A DNA stretch of 64,000 nt from the human T2T-CHM13v2.0 reference genome, Homo sapiens. A model generated the notes under the pieces. The model saw only the letters and a list, made by a program, of their open reading frames with translations. It ran no database searches and was not told the origin of the DNA. A program made the position numbers and the translations under genes. The stretch lies in the NCBI RefSeq assembly GCF_009914755.1, contig NC_060930.1; one strand, 5' to 3'. Each line of letters begins with the position of its first letter. Positions within the stretch are counted from its first letter, which is position 1. This document shows positions 14,518-32,905 of this stretch, one piece after another.

Positions 14518-15054
14518 TTAACTCAGTGGACCTGGACTCTTAGCGTTTGGTGTAATTTAGGATCAGGTCTGAGTGTGGGCCTTGAACACTAGCTCTGGAA
14601 GCACCTCAGTGGTCAAGAACGGCCTCCTATTTTATACGGGAGGAAACTGTCTGGGTTCAGAGGTGACTGTCCAAGGTCCCGTCCAGGTGGGCGGCCAGCG
14701 GGCAGCGTCATCGCCCTTAAGTGAAGCCTCCAGCCCGAGCTTCTCGGCTGCCGTGGCCCCTCAGATCTGCCTTGGACCACTGTGCTCCCAGGAGGCAGAT
14801 GAGGCCCCTGGTGGCAGGTGGCAGGGGCAGGGGCAGGCCACGCCGAAGATTGCCCAGCGCCAGGGTCTGACTTGCCCTTCTACGCGTGTTTCCTTGTTTT
14901 TAATCAATACGTCTTTCAAGAGTGACAGTCCCTGGCCCAGAGCTCAGGCGGCTTCGGGCAGCCGTCTCCTCCACTGAGTGGGCTGACCTGGGTTTGGGAT
15001 TGCCCCCACTGGGATGGGCCCGCGCCTGCCAGGACTTGCAGCCTCCCCTCCCTC

Positions 15055-15376
15055 CTCCCGTGCCCAGCCCTGTTCTCTCTCCATCCAGCCTCCGGTGCCC
15101 AGCCCTGTTCTCTCTCCATCCAGCCTCCCGTGCCCAGCCCTGTTCTCTCTCTCCATCCGCCTCCCGTGCCCAGCCCTGTTCTCTCTCCATCCAGCCTCCC
15201 GTGCCCAGCCCTGTTCTCTCTCTCCATGCAGCCTCTCGTGCCCAGCCCTGTTCTCTCTCTCCATGCAGCCTCTCGTGCCCAGCCCTGTTCTCTCTCTCCA
15301 TCTGCCTCCCGTGCCCAGCCCTCTTCTCTCTCCATCCAGCCTCCCGTGCCCAGCCCTCTTCTCTCTCCATCCAGCA
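15055..15376. repeat. Minisatellite, ~9 copies of 35-37 bp (CCCGTGCCCAGCCCTGTTCTCTCTCCATCCAGCCT), FRMD1 intron 11
   Basis: Direct tandem repetition; generates the repetitive ORFs at 14900-15567. Confidence 0.95.
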
Positions 15377-16046
15377 TCACGATAACTAATCAGCCACAAC
15401 CGATTTTCTGTGTCTTTCCAGGGGGATTCTGAACAGGGCTGACCAGAGGGGGCCTCACCCTCCTGTGGTGGAGCCGGGGGCGGGGGTTGGGGGGTGGGGA
15501 GGGCAACTCGGAGCCTGGCTGGGAACCCTGAGCCCACCTGTTCCCCACCTGGGCATCCAGGAACCACTGGCTCGCTTCTCCTCTAGCTCCTCTGGGGGAT
15601 CCTAAGGCTCAGTAGCTCTACAGGAAGTGGGGGAAGCCTGGAGCAGCCCTGCACACACAGCACTAGGCCCCGGGTGGAGGAGGTGGACGAAGGGGACGGG
15701 GCAGCCAGTCTGCTGCATGGCAGGTTGCAGGGCCCAGGTGTCCGGGTCCTGCCTACAGTGGCCCGGTGACACTCAGGGCCCGGCCACCCCAGCCCCAGGC
15801 AGGACCCCTCCCTCCCCACAGTGAGCCGACTCACTCGGCCCTGAGGCTGAGGCCTCCACCCACGTCCACCTGCCCCAGTGCCCGAGAGCCTTGCTGCTCC
15901 CTGACTTGCCCGCTGCGTCTCTGGGGATGTCAGTCGAGGGACCCTCTGATAGGCCTAGGAAGGTCCCCAGGGCCCCTGACAGGGGACCTAGGAGAAGGGG
16001 GTGGAGGAGCAGGGCCAGGGCTTCTGGCCCGTGGGGGGGACTCTAC

Positions 16047-16111
16047 CTGGTGCACGGCCTCGGCGCTCTGGCCTCTGGTCCTGACCTGGGTGCAGGGCTC
16101 CTGACGAGTGG
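16047..16111 (-). CDS. FRMD1: FRMD1 coding exon 11: (A)TRQEPCTQVRTRGQSAEAVHQ
   Basis: cctcccacAG|CC (phase 1) ... CAG|GTAGAG (phase 0); 65 nt; bridges the phases of exons 10 and 12. Confidence 0.88.
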
Positions 16112-16909
16112 CTGTGGGAGGAGGCAGCCGTGAGCACAGGTGTCTGGGTTCTGCCCGACATGGCTCCTCCCCAGGGCAGTTCCCTGCACTTCTGGGGCCC
16201 TGGTCTCGGACCGGCATCTCCTGAGGCTCACACCGCCCCCTTGCTCTCAGTGCGGTGACTGCTTTTGCTCCATTCCCCGACATCTGATAAAACGGCCCCT
16301 TGCTGTGCAGATGCGGGATTAGCACGGTGATTCCCGCTGGGTTACAGGCCACAGAGCTTGCATACATCCTCAGAGATGGAGGCCAACCATCCCTTCCTGG
16401 TGGACCAGACACTCCAAGGGCAATGGCGGACACAGTGGCTTAGTGACAGGAATGCCTGGCCCTGGGAGGCCCTAGGTGATGTTTTGTGACCCTGGATGGC
16501 CCTGGGTGACTGTAGGTGATGCTGGGCGGTCCTGGGTGACTGAGCCCTGGGGCTGGTCCCACCTGATCTCATCACATCCACCGTCAGGGCCGTGGGGACA
16601 CTCAGAGACCAGCAGAGCTCACGTCCCCTTTCTGGGGCAATGAGGAAGCTCTTCAGGGCCTCATACACAGGGACTGGGCTGGACGCATCCCTCAGGACAG
16701 GGTGCTGCATCCTGGGCCAGGTGCACACACAGTCCTACACACAGGGAATGGGCAGGGTGCATCCCTCAGGACAAGGTGCTGCGTCCTGGGCCAGGTGGAC
16801 ACATGGTCCTAGAACACTCTGAATGGCTCTGTCTTCTCACTCCTACTCAACTGAGTATAAAAAGACATGAGTCTAACCCAGGCTTTCTGATGGGAGGGAA
16901 GCTGGTAGG

Positions 16910-18410
<1,501 letters not shown>

Positions 18411-18676
18411 GTCGGAACCTGCATTTCTTGCTCTTTGTGGGCACATGATGGGAGGAGAAGTGGAAAACAGACCAGGAAACTGAGAAGTGGAAACCTCAGG
18501 TGGCTCCTCAAGCTCCCAGCTTCCCCCAGTCCCATCTATAGAATTCCACTCCAGGCAGAGCTGGGGGCCACCACTTCGCCCTTCGACCTCAGCATCTGGG
18601 GGACGTGGGAGTCAGGAGGCCACAACAATAAGAGACAGAAGGCATAGTCCGGCCAGAGCCCAGTGTGCCCAGCCTA

Positions 18677-18973
<297 letters not shown>

Positions 18974-19393
18974 TTAAATGTCAGCCATGGCCCCCAGGGG
19001 GACGAGGCCCAGGTTTTCACTTCGCAGTGCAGATGGCTGTTGGCGGACACTGTGCGCGGACACTGTGCTCTGCTCCGCCCTTGCTTGAGAGGACACAGCC
19101 CTCCTGGCTAGAAAGTGCCCGCAGCAGTGTGAGGGGAGTGGAGGTCTGGGGTGGGACAGGAAGACCTCGGTCTGGCTGTCCAGAGCAAGCCTGCTGTCCA
19201 GCAGCCCCCACAGTCACTGCCCTTTTATCCCCGGCACCCGGGCTGTGGGGTGACCCTGGGTGACAGCTCTGGGGCCGGGATGAGAGGAACAGAGGCCACA
19301 CAGGTGCGTTTCTATGACCTGCTCTTCTTTTCTCCCTTGATTTTCTCAATTGGGAGCCAGAAGTTTTCAAGCGATAACAACAACTAGACCTCA

Positions 19394-19882
<489 letters not shown>

Positions 19883-20119
19883 CTAGAGGACACAGGTCAG
19901 AGGTCAAGTTGCAGGCCTGGAGGTGCTGGGCCTCACTGATGGCAGAGTATGGTCAGTCTGGCTAGGGGCCGAGGGCTCCATGGACCAGGCTGAGCTCTGG
20001 GGCCCATTTACAGACAGTCTCATTCACTCCAGCATCAGATCAAAGGCATAGTTGTCATAGCACAAGCACTGCCTTTCATCATGCCAGATAAACACCAGCC
20101 ACGACCTAAGAGAGCCTGG

Positions 20120-20841
<722 letters not shown>

Positions 20842-21760
20842 TCAGTGCCCACTGTGGCCCTGGGCCCTGTCTGATTTCCTGTCCCCCTCGGGTCCTCCCC
20901 AAGGGGAATGGCAGCAGCCAGCCCTCCTCAGACGTCTGCAGGTGGGGACTCTACTCCCAACGAGCCCTGGCTCTTGGGAACCTGCCCAGTGAGGACCAGC
21001 TGGGGCCATCACCGGGACCGGGGTAAGAATCGCAGGGACGTGGAATCACTGAGGGTGGAAATGTGCTCAGAGGCCAAGGGCACGTGTGGCATCCACAGCA
21101 CTGGGAGGAAGCCTGGCTGGGCCCCACCCTGACCTCAGCGACTGCCTCAGAGCAAAGGTGAGAAGGCCCCAAGGTGCACAGGATAGAGAGGTACACAGGG
21201 ATGAGCGGTCAAGGAGAGAAACCTTAAAGTTCACCCGGAACAGGGCCTGCATCCCCGGGGTGACAGCCATCAATCCGCGCGGCCATCAGGCCAGACAGCG
21301 CCTGGGACTGGGCACACAGTGGTACAGCCCACGCCTCTCCATGGCCCTCCTCCCAGGGGGATGCCACTCCTTCCCTTACAGGTGAGGAAGCTGAGGCTCA
21401 GAGACTCCTACGGGTCCCAGGATACTTAGAGAGAAGCAGGAAGGTTCACAGCCACAAGGCCCGTGTGGGTCACATTCCACAGCCAGGCAGCCAAGGGGCT
21501 CAGAGAGGTGAAGCCAGAGTGCAAGGCCACACAGCTGGCTGGGTGCGTCAGGAGCACAGGCACCCGCACCTGCCTGCTCAGGGCCACTCCTCCCACACTG
21601 CCTGCCTTTGGGGGTGGTAAGGACCCTTGGGCCTTCAGGACAGAAGGACAGGTGATTGCCCTGTTTCCATCCCTGACCCTTGCTCCAGCAGCCCCTGCCA
21701 GGCCCTCAGTCCCCTGCTCCCATGGATGGCACCCGGTGGAGGTGGACAGGCACCAGACTA

Positions 21761-22096
<336 letters not shown>

Positions 22097-23048
22097 CTAG
22101 TTCCTGTCTTGTTATACCCACAGCTGTGTCCCTGCAGGGCCAGCACGGCACAGGCCCACACTCTTCCTGGAGCGGGGCACAGGTGACTTGCTGCCACCAA
22201 GGAGCCACTAGATGAGGCTCCACCTGCCGAGGTCCCACTCCTTCCCCAGTGAGCTTGGCCTTCACCAAACCAAGCCCCAGTGCAGGAGAGGTGCACAGAG
22301 CCCGGGCGACTCGAATCCCTGGAGGTGCACAGGGCCTGGACAACTTGAATCCCTGGATGTGGACAGACCTGGCTCCCAGAGCTCACCGCCCAGCACGGGG
22401 CTTGGCCATGGCTGGTATTCATTAATCACAGGCCAGGTGGAGGCTCGCCCAAGATGCAGGTGCAAGATCTTCTCATATAATTCCCCCGAACTGGCCCCAT
22501 AGCACCAGGTAGCTCCATCCATCAACCCAACACTTTCCAGACCTCCCCTCCAAGGCTATCCAGAACCTTCCACATATTCACACACCCCTCACTCTCCAGA
22601 ACCTGCCACACAACCACATACCAGTGTCTCCAGGGCTCTCCACACAACCACACACCTTTCACTCTCCAGAACCCTCCCACACAACCACACGCCCCTCACC
22701 CCCTAGAACCTTCCACACAACCGCACACATGCCTTTTGGAACTGGCAGGGATTGTGCCTGCTTAGGGAATTCCTGGGAAACCCCCTTAGGTTTTCCCCCA
22801 GGGTAAACCCTGTTCACGCACCCCTGAAGCTCTGTTCTGGAAGTAAGTCTCAGGATCCTCCTGAGGGACGTCTTTGTTACCCTAGAAGCTCTAAGGCAGC
22901 TCTGGAAGAAGCAGCCCCCGTTGGTTTAGAGTGCAGCCCACCAGATGTACAACTTACCCACTCCTGTCGGGGAAAGCTTCCCACTAGACACCTGCAGAGT
23001 GGGCAGTGAACAGCGAGAACCGCCACGCAGCAAGCATAGCAGCCCTTA

Positions 23049-23474
<426 letters not shown>

Positions 23475-23677
23475 TTATGACACAGTCTGTATACCTTTCG
23501 ATTAAATAGAATTCCTGTGTTAACCCCAAAGCAAACAGCCGATATAGTGGGGTTGTTTGTTTGTTTTTTGTTTTTGGATAAACTCAAATGTAATGTGTGG
23601 CCTTCAGGGGACTTCCACGTCATGCGGCAGATTTTCAGTATTCCAGGAAACACCCCTTACAGTCCGCATGCCGTTAC

Positions 23678-23754
23678 CTTATGACCCTTCCGTTTTCCAC
23701 GTAGTGCTGCACTCGGAGGAAGGCCACGAAGGGGGCTCTGGGTTTCTCATTTCC
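23678..23754 (-). CDS. FRMD1: FRMD1 coding exon 4: GNEKPRAPFVAFLRVQHYVENGRVI(S)
   Basis: tttccccactAG|GGA ... ATAAG|GTAACG; 77 nt, phase 0/2; FERM FRVxYY-type motif. Confidence 0.94.
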
Positions 23755-24013
23755 CTAGTGGGGAAAATGCAAGAAAGAGCAAGTGAGCCGCAGGGAGGTG
23801 CCGCTGGCTGTCCTGTCTTCCCAGTTGGGGGGGCCTGGATTGCTTCACACTCAGCTTAAAGTCGAAGCTCAGGTGTCTGCAGCCATAGCTGACAATTCGA
23901 CTCATGGTATTTTCTACCCGGAGAACCCTGAGTGGGACGTGGTCTACAGCGTTCAAGAACATCTGCAAAGGCGGGCTTCGGGCGGGCACACCTGCTTGCA
24001 GCCTCAGGGCTCA

Positions 24014-24421
<408 letters not shown>

Positions 24422-24748
24422 TCACCGTGTGTTCAAAACTGAGTGTGGCTTGGAGAGAAGAGATGCACAGCTGAAAACTGTGCGTCTGCAGCTGACGCTG
24501 CATATGGGGCTTTCCTTGGCTGACAACGCAGAAAGCATCTTAACACACATGCAGGTGTCAAATGCTTGCTTACTAAAACAATGTTCCAACGTGTAGGAAT
24601 ATTACAAGCTGATATTCAAAACTGGCACATGCTCCGGGCACGCCCTTTGGGAAAGCAACTTAGCAACATGTATCCCTACCCTCTTCCTCTGCAACCCAGG
24701 CACCCCTCTCTCAGCTATGGAATGAGTCGTTTAAAAAATAGAGATGTC

Positions 24749-25058
24749 AGGGTTGGATGCGGTGGCTCAACCTCGTAATCTCAGCAATTTTGGAGGCCAA
24801 GGCAGGAGGATTGCTTGAGGCCAGGAATTCAAGACAAGCCTGGACAACATAATGAGACCTTGTCACCACAGGAAAAAAAAAAAAATTAGCTGGGTGTGGC
24901 GGTGCATGCCTGTAGTCCTAGCTACTCAGGGGGCTGAGGCAGGAAGATTGCTTGATCCTGGGAGTTCAAGGCTGCAGAAAGCTATGAACGTGCCACTGCA
25001 CTCCAGTGTGGGTGATAAGAGTGTGACCCTGCCTCAAACAATCAAGCAATCAATCAAT
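24749..25058 (+). mobile_element. Full-length Alu (AluJ-like)
   Basis: Dimeric Alu; TSD AAAAATAGAGATGTC on both sides. Confidence 0.95.
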
Positions 25059-25304
25059 AAAAATAGAGATGTCTATAATCTAGTACCAACGTGATCAACT
25101 TCAAGTCAATGATCCCAGCTTTACCTGTTAACCTGGTTTCCCTGGAAACTATAAGAGACGCTTCTTTCTAAATTAGGTGTTTCTATATTTTAAAAATATT
25201 TACCAGCATGTGTTTTCTTTATGGCCTGGAAAAATTAAACAATTTTCCTAGAGAGGAAAATAAAGCCTAGAGAGACACCATTCCTGCTGCGACTTAAAGC
25301 AACG

Positions 25305-25605
25305 TACAATCCCTCCGTGTCTGCTGGGAACTGGTTCCAGGACTCCCCTCGGATATCAAAACCCGGGGATGGTGTAGAGTTTGCATGTACCCTATGCACA
25401 TCCTCATGTACACTTTACATCATCTTGAGATTCCTTATAATACCTGATGCAATGTAAATGCTGTGGAAGTCTTTGTTGTACTGTGTTGTTAAGCTCATAT
25501 TATTTTATTGTTGTACTATTTATTGTTATTATTTTGAGTATGTTCAACATGAGGTTAGTTAAATCCAAGGATGCGGAACCCGTGGATACAGAGCACAGTC
25601 TACTC
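25305..25605. mobile_element. MER2-like (TcMar-Tigger) non-autonomous DNA transposon
   Basis: ccctccgtgtctgctgggaactggttccaggac... and ...gatgcggaacccgtggatacagag, degenerate inverted termini. Confidence 0.7.
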
Positions 25606-26152
25606 TTATTTATATTAGAAAACCTGCAGTCCTGAGAATAAAAGCCACAGGGAAAAGTTAGTCCCTGATAAGGCAGTACTCCCTTACAGCCACCTGCATT
25701 ACATATGAAGATACTCCATCCCCAAGTGCTAGCACATCTGCAGATAAATGAAGACACCAGTGAGGAAGACTTACCCACAGAGGCCTGCAGAAAGGGCATC
25801 ACAGGGCCGGGTGCCTGGCTCAGCCCCTCTCTGCCCTGCCTGTCTTTCTAATCCTTAGTACCTGGCTCTTCTAGACGGCGTTAGACCCAGGGGGAGGCTC
25901 CAAGGTGTCACCAGCCCCAGTTTACTTTTGTGTCAGGGAGGATCAAACACTTGGCTCATCGGTAACAACCACAGCAACTCACTGCTTAGACACTGGGTGC
26001 CATGCTCTGTGTTAAAGACTCTGAACCAATCCCTACATCTTCAACCTGATGGCACTGTTATCTACCCCCATCTCACAGACAGGGAGGCCCAGACTTGCAG
26101 AGTCTAGGGGAGTCCCCACCCCACCCCATAACAGGCCAAGGACCCTCAGAGC

Positions 26153-26332
26153 CAGGGGTTAGCAAACCAGGGCCCCAGGCCAAACCCCAGCACCCACTCG
26201 CTCTTGTTAATAAAATCTTGTTGGTAGACAGCCACAATCATTCTATTACATCATGTCCATAGCTGCTTTCGTACTGCAAAGTCAAAATATTTACTATGTG
26301 GCCTTTTACAGAAAAAGTCTGCCAATGCCCGG
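26153..26332 (+). mobile_element. MER58A-like (hAT-Charlie) MITE
   Basis: caggggttagcaaac...aataaaatcttgttgg..cagccac...aaaatatttactatgtggccttttacagaaaaagtctgcc. Confidence 0.8.
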
Positions 26333-26865
26333 TCTAAGCAAATGCCGAGTGAAAAGGTCTAGATCACCATTCTCTGGTCCTGACTCCCCCGAATTCACTA
26401 TTTGGGTACTCGAGCTTGAACTCAGTGTTTGCAGCATGAGTGGCAGATGTTTAGCAATGTTCGCTAAAGGATCTGGGGTTACCTTTGCCTCGGTAAGGTC
26501 AGCAAAAGGCCTTTTATTTGTACATTCATTACCTAAATCACCCCACTGTATCCTTACCAACTCCATCTCAAATCATAATAAGGAGGACAGAAAATGAACT
26601 CCTTAAGCTTAGTACTTCCTAGGACTTAACCTCAAACACTACGAGAACAATACTTGCGGCAACACCGATCTAGAAGATGAAACCACTTGTTTCTCAAAAT
26701 CATCACTGTCCCCCTAAACCCCTGCACCCCTAGCAGTGGGACAGCAGACATCATCACCTCTGGTGATGGGCGCACCCTTCTTAGCCCGGCCACAGTGCCC
26801 CGCTGTATGGTCAAAGCAGTCTAGATGTCACTGTGAAGACATTCTTAAGATGAAGGCGACACTCA

Positions 26866-27112
26866 GGCTGGGTGTGGTGGCTCATGCCTGTAATCCCAGC
26901 ACTTTGGGAGGCAGAGGCAGGTGGATTGCATGAGCCCAGCAGTTTGAGACAGCCTGGGCAACATAATGAGACCCGACTCCACAAAAAAATACAAAAGGTA
27001 TCTGGCTGTGGTGGTATGCATCTGCAGTCCCAGCCACTCAGGAGGCTGACGCCAGAGGATCCACCTGAGCCATGATCATAGCACTGCATTCCAGCCTGGG
27101 TGGCAGAGTGAG
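26866..27112 (+). mobile_element. Alu (AluJ-like, internal deletion in right arm)
   Basis: ggctgggtgtggtggctcatgcctgtaatcccagcactttgggagg...cactgcattccagcctgggtggcagagtgaga. Confidence 0.93.
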
Positions 27113-27114
27113 AT

Positions 27115-27330
27115 GAAGGAAGGAAGGAAGGAAAGAAAGAAGGAAGGAAGGAAAGAAAGAAGGAAGGAAGGAAAGAAAGAAGGAAGGAAGGAAAGAAAGA
27201 AGGAAGGAAGGAAAGAAAGAAGGAAGGAAGGAAAGAAAGAAGGAAGGAAGGAAAGAAAGAAGGAAGGAAGGAAAGAAAGAAGGAAGGAAGGGAGAGAGGG
27301 AGGGAAGGAGGGAGGGAGGGAGGGAGGGAG
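27115..27330. repeat. Compound purine microsatellite [(AAGG)3(AAAG)2]n then (GGGA)n
   Basis: Pure purine tract with an exact 20-bp period, in place of the Alu tail. Confidence 0.97.
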
Positions 27331-30300
27331 ACATTTACATCAGTAGACTTTGAGCAAAGCAGATGACCTTCATACTGTGGGTGGGCCTTGTCTAGTCGGT
27401 TGGAGGACTAACAGGGAAAGACTGAGGTCCCCTCTGGAGGAAGGAACTCCGTCTCCCGATGGCCCTCGGACCCAAGATGGCAACAGTGGCTCTCCCTGGG
27501 TCTCCAGCCTGCCCTGCAGATTTGAGACTTGCCAGCCTCCAACAATCATATGAGCCAGTTCTTTACAATAAATCAGCTTCTCTCTTTCTCCCTCTATGTA
27601 TCTATACACACACACACTATCTGTAGAGAGAAATGGGATCGGAAGGATACGTGTATACAGACATACACATACGCATACATCTGTCAGGAGTGTGCGTGCG
27701 CGTCCTACTTGTCCTGCTTCTCTGGAGAGCCTTGACTGGCACATGACTGTCTGCTGGAGGACCGGCATCTTGCTGCTGGAAGGGGAGATTCTGGCGTTGG
27801 CTACAGGCTCCCCTGAACCCAGCAGGGTGGGGACTACATGCACCCTCTAGAGCCTCCTCACTCTCTTCCCAGTGAGAGTCATCCTCTCAGCTCGTGGCAG
27901 GCAGATCGGGACACACCATGGAGTCCACAGGTGCCTGTTGATTGAACAAAAGGCCTGAACTTCCCCACTGTGCCCTGCTACCCTTGACACTGGTGTGACA
28001 GCACGAGACTCCTGCAGGGCTGGCCAAGGGGCTGGACACCGGCACCCTTGCTCACTGCCACAGGAGCAAGCTCCAGGCAGCGAGGGCCAAGGCCAGGCCA
28101 GGTGGAGCCCACTCTCTCTCTATTCCTCTCTGTCTCTGTCTTATTTTGCCTTGCCTCTATATCCAAGCCCCAAATCACATCTCTTGTTTTTTGCTACAGG
28201 CCTCAAAAATGTACACAATTCACAAAATGTCTCAAAAATGTACACAATTTACAACTTAAGAGATAATTAAAGTAAGAAATCCAAGCACTTCCCGTATAAA
28301 AAGTCCAAATCTCCAAAGCAAGGGCTCTGGCCAGAACCAAGAAGGGTGTCCTCGGGTCAAGAAGGCCCTGGGGCCACAGGGCTCTGCTGGGTGGAGGTGC
28401 CAAACCGCAGCGCCAGGGAGGTTGAGGGGCCGGTTCTGAGTCTGTCCTCCTCCTGCAGAGGCGGATTCCTGGATCACCAGGAGGAAAGGTGACCCCAGAT
28501 TCCTTTCTTGTCCCTGAGGCCAGTGAGCTCGGCCACAGGCTGTCTCAAATGTCCAGTGTCAAGGGGACAGGGAGAAAGGGGACATCATCAAGAAAGACGT
28601 GAGAAAGGGTTGGTTGGCAGGAGTCGGAAAGCCCTCCCACCTGGGAACTCCCTCCGCAGGGTAAAGACAAGGCAAACACTGGCTGATGAGCCAGTAATCT
28701 CCCTTTGTGTGCACCTGCCTGGCCGCCAGTGGGAGCTGTTCCAGGCCACCCTCCCAGCCCCTCCTGTTGCTCAAGGCTGTCCCAGCGCTGCAGGCCCTCA
28801 TCCTGTGCTGACCTTCAGGACTCAAGGACCCCTGCCTCCTGCCTCCCGGGCCTCCCCACTGCTGGCCCTTGTGCTCAGACACACGGCAAATGCCCGTGAG
28901 CTCTCCCCTTAGCATCTGGGCAGCTGATGACACGGACACTGTGCCTCAGTCGAAAGGGAAACAGGGTTAGAAGCCAGCCGATGGCGTCCAAGCCGGGGCT
29001 GCCGACTTCATGACCTGTCTGCAATTCCCCAACACCGAGGATCATCAGCACATAAACCGGGAGAATCCTTGGCCACCGGGAACCTGCCCCGCCTGGGTGA
29101 TGGATTCCTGGGCAACAGGAGAGACGCCCTGCCCTGCACCCCCTGCTGGGAGGGGAGGTCCTTCCCCAAGGAGCTGCCACTGGACCTCTGGGGGACCCCC
29201 ACACTCCACCCTCAGAACCCCCCAACACCACCTGCTGTCTCTAGGTTTCGGGGACATCAGGGGCTGTGCCTGAACTCCGGATAGGGCTGAACTCCCCGTG
29301 CCCTCACACCCGTGGTCGCCTTGCGAACCACGTCTCCCAGAGGCCCTCTCAACCACAGCGACCCGCCCTGTGCAGGGCCTCCCATAGGGAGGGGGATGCC
29401 CTGGGGCGTTTCTCGCCTTGGGAGAGCAGGGAAGCCTCAGTGCCGAGAACTTGGGCACAGACGAGGCAGAGTGGAGCGCGGACCAGAGCTCGCCCCCCAA
29501 ACACGGCGGCTCCAACATGTCGGTGAACGTCCGGCGGTGATGAACATGATGCACAACCAAAGCGATGGGTCCTGGCCCGGGTTTTGCGGGCAGCCCCTGA
29601 ATTCCCCCCAATCCCCACCCCGCCCTCGATTTGTTTTTTGGCTGTTAAAGAGACTTTAAGCCTTTAAGAAATAAAAGATGCCAAGAACAGGGTTGGGACG
29701 CTTGAACTTTCTTCCCTCATTCTGTCCAGACTAATTTTCTTTTCATTTCTAAAATCACAGAGAGATGACACCAACCACAAAACCGAATAGCAAAACTGGA
29801 CTCTCCAAAGTCAACATCCCGCCCTCCCCTGAGTGACTCTCACTGTGATTAAAAGTGGGGCCTGGAGACTTCTGTCCACAGCCCTCAGATGGCTCAGGTT
29901 CCCATGGGGGCACAGGGTCTGGGAAGCTACGTGTTTTGACTGGGCTCCTGCACAGGGTGGCATGAATGGCAGCTGTGGACAAACATATTAACTGGGCTAG
30001 AACTTCCCTGAAAACTGGGAAAAGTCCACCAGTATTCAACCTTGACAGCAAGACTGACATCTGCTGCTCCCGGGTGTAAGCCCAGTGCTGGGTGTAGTTT
30101 CCCACCTCCCCACCCCCAGTCACCCCCCTGCAACACCAAGTGAAGCTGCTGGAGGCTGGAATCGGGTGGGGGCTGCCTGACAAACACAGCAGCAAAGGGA
30201 GGCGCCCTCCAGCTCTCCCTGCTCCCCACCCTGCCTGGAGAGTCTGACACAGGAAGCCCCAGATCCACACCTGCCCTCAGGGGCTCATGGTGTCCACTCA

Positions 30301-31220
30301 GGGTCCCCTGGGGGACTCAGGACTGGGTCTAAATGCATGAGGTCACATCAGAAAGGCTGGCCTGCTGGACCCCATCTTATTCCCTCTGCCCCCCAGGGTC
30401 CTCCTTCCACACCGCCCAGGGGTCCCACAGCCCCCAGAGCAGCCCTGAGATGGAGCTAGGGTTCTGCTCCAGGCGGAGATTAGGGAAGGAGGAGACTGAG
30501 ACAGGGGCACTCTCGCCTCTACTTTGAGGCACAGAAGGGGCCGGGGCCACCCGCGCTGAGGGAAAGGCTGGCTTCTGTCCACACTCACGATGGTTGGAAG
30601 AGAAACTTAGGATGGAACCCCAGGGCACCACACAGGACGGTCACAGCAAGATGGCTTCGTCCAAAAGGATCCTAAAATCTCACGCTCCCTTCACAGCCCC
30701 TGACAAGGCGCTGCAGACACTGGGAGGATGGAGTGTGGGTTCCGGTGTCCCGTGCAGGGTCCCCGGCTCACTCACTCCCCTAGACAGAGGGCAACTTGTT
30801 CTGGGGAGAGCTTGGGAGAGGTCAGCTCAGCCCTGTCCTCCCCAGGCAGCAAGACAGGGGGATATTCAGCCACCGCTGGTCAGCACTGAGCTTCATCTCC
30901 ATCTGTCCATGCCCCATGTAGCCTCCCTCGGCTTGGCTGGGGAGAGGGGGCCAGGGCTTGTCTGTGCTGCCAACCTCAAGCCCCCACTATAGATGAGAAG
31001 CCACCAGTCCTTAGTGAGACTGGATACAGGCGCTGCCACTCACTTCCTGGGGCAGCAAAAAGTGCACATGAAGCACTTTGGGTTCTCACGGCTCTTCCAT
31101 GCGACACAATCCAGCTGCAGGGTCTGTGGAGCCCAGGGGACCGGCCCCACTCCCCTCCACCTGCCGTCTGCGTGTACTAGAACTCCAGGTACGAATTCAC
31201 ATAGATCCAGGGTCCTGCTA

Positions 31221-32396
<1,176 letters not shown>

Positions 32397-32661
32397 TCAC
32401 TCTCTCCCAAAGCTAAACACCGCTGCATGCCCATCAGAGCACCTGTGAGTGCCGGGAAGTGAGGGTGGAGGGGGTGGGGTGCTCTGGACAGTGGATCAGG
32501 GCTGCCCCCTCCATCCCTGTCTGTCTCTGGTGTGAGGATTTCCCGAGACCAGTCAGGGACACACGATGCAGCGTCAACTCCAGGGCCGCCCTCTGGGCTC
32601 TGTCCTCGCACGGCACAAATGAATGCTTGGTTCCCCATGAGCGCGAGCATCGGTGTCTCAC

Positions 32662-32670
32662 ATCATCCAT
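32662..32670 (-). CDS. FRMD1: Candidate alternative FRMD1 first exon, coding part M-D-D
   Basis: gcgATGGATGAT|GTGAGA: good Kozak (G-3, G+4), phase-0 donor compatible with exon 2. Confidence 0.6.
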
Positions 32671-32754
32671 CGCCCAACTGATGCGAGTGATCCCAACAGT
32701 GTTCCTACAGCTGAGCCTCTCACGGCAGCCTCTAAACACCCAGCGTCTGGTGCG

Positions 32755-32905
32755 TGTCCCTGTTTCCGGCGTCCCGTGTCCACATTTCCGGTGCCCGGTG
32801 TCCACATTTCCGGCGTCCCGTGTCCACATTTCCGGTGCCCGGTGTCCACATTTCCGGTGCCCGGTGTCCACATTTCCGGTGTCCCGTGTCCGCATTTCCG
32901 GCGTC
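32755..32905. repeat. 22-bp minisatellite, 7 copies (GTGTCCACATTTCCGG[TGCCCG/CGTCCC])
   Basis: TTCCGG at 32764,32786,32808,32830,32852,32874,32896. Confidence 0.96.

Larger units (their letters stand above)
26775..27745 (+). mobile_element. MLT2-like (ERVL) LTR interrupted by an Alu and its expanded tail
   Basis: 5' part 26775-26860; 3' part 27330-27745 (acatttacatcagtagactttgagcaaagcagatgaccttcat...cttgccagcctcc.acaatcatatgagccagttc...aataaa...tctctggagagccttgact). Confidence 0.7.

Noticed and set aside
27113-27346. Lys/Glu/Arg-rich ORF
   Set aside because: Translation of a purine microsatellite
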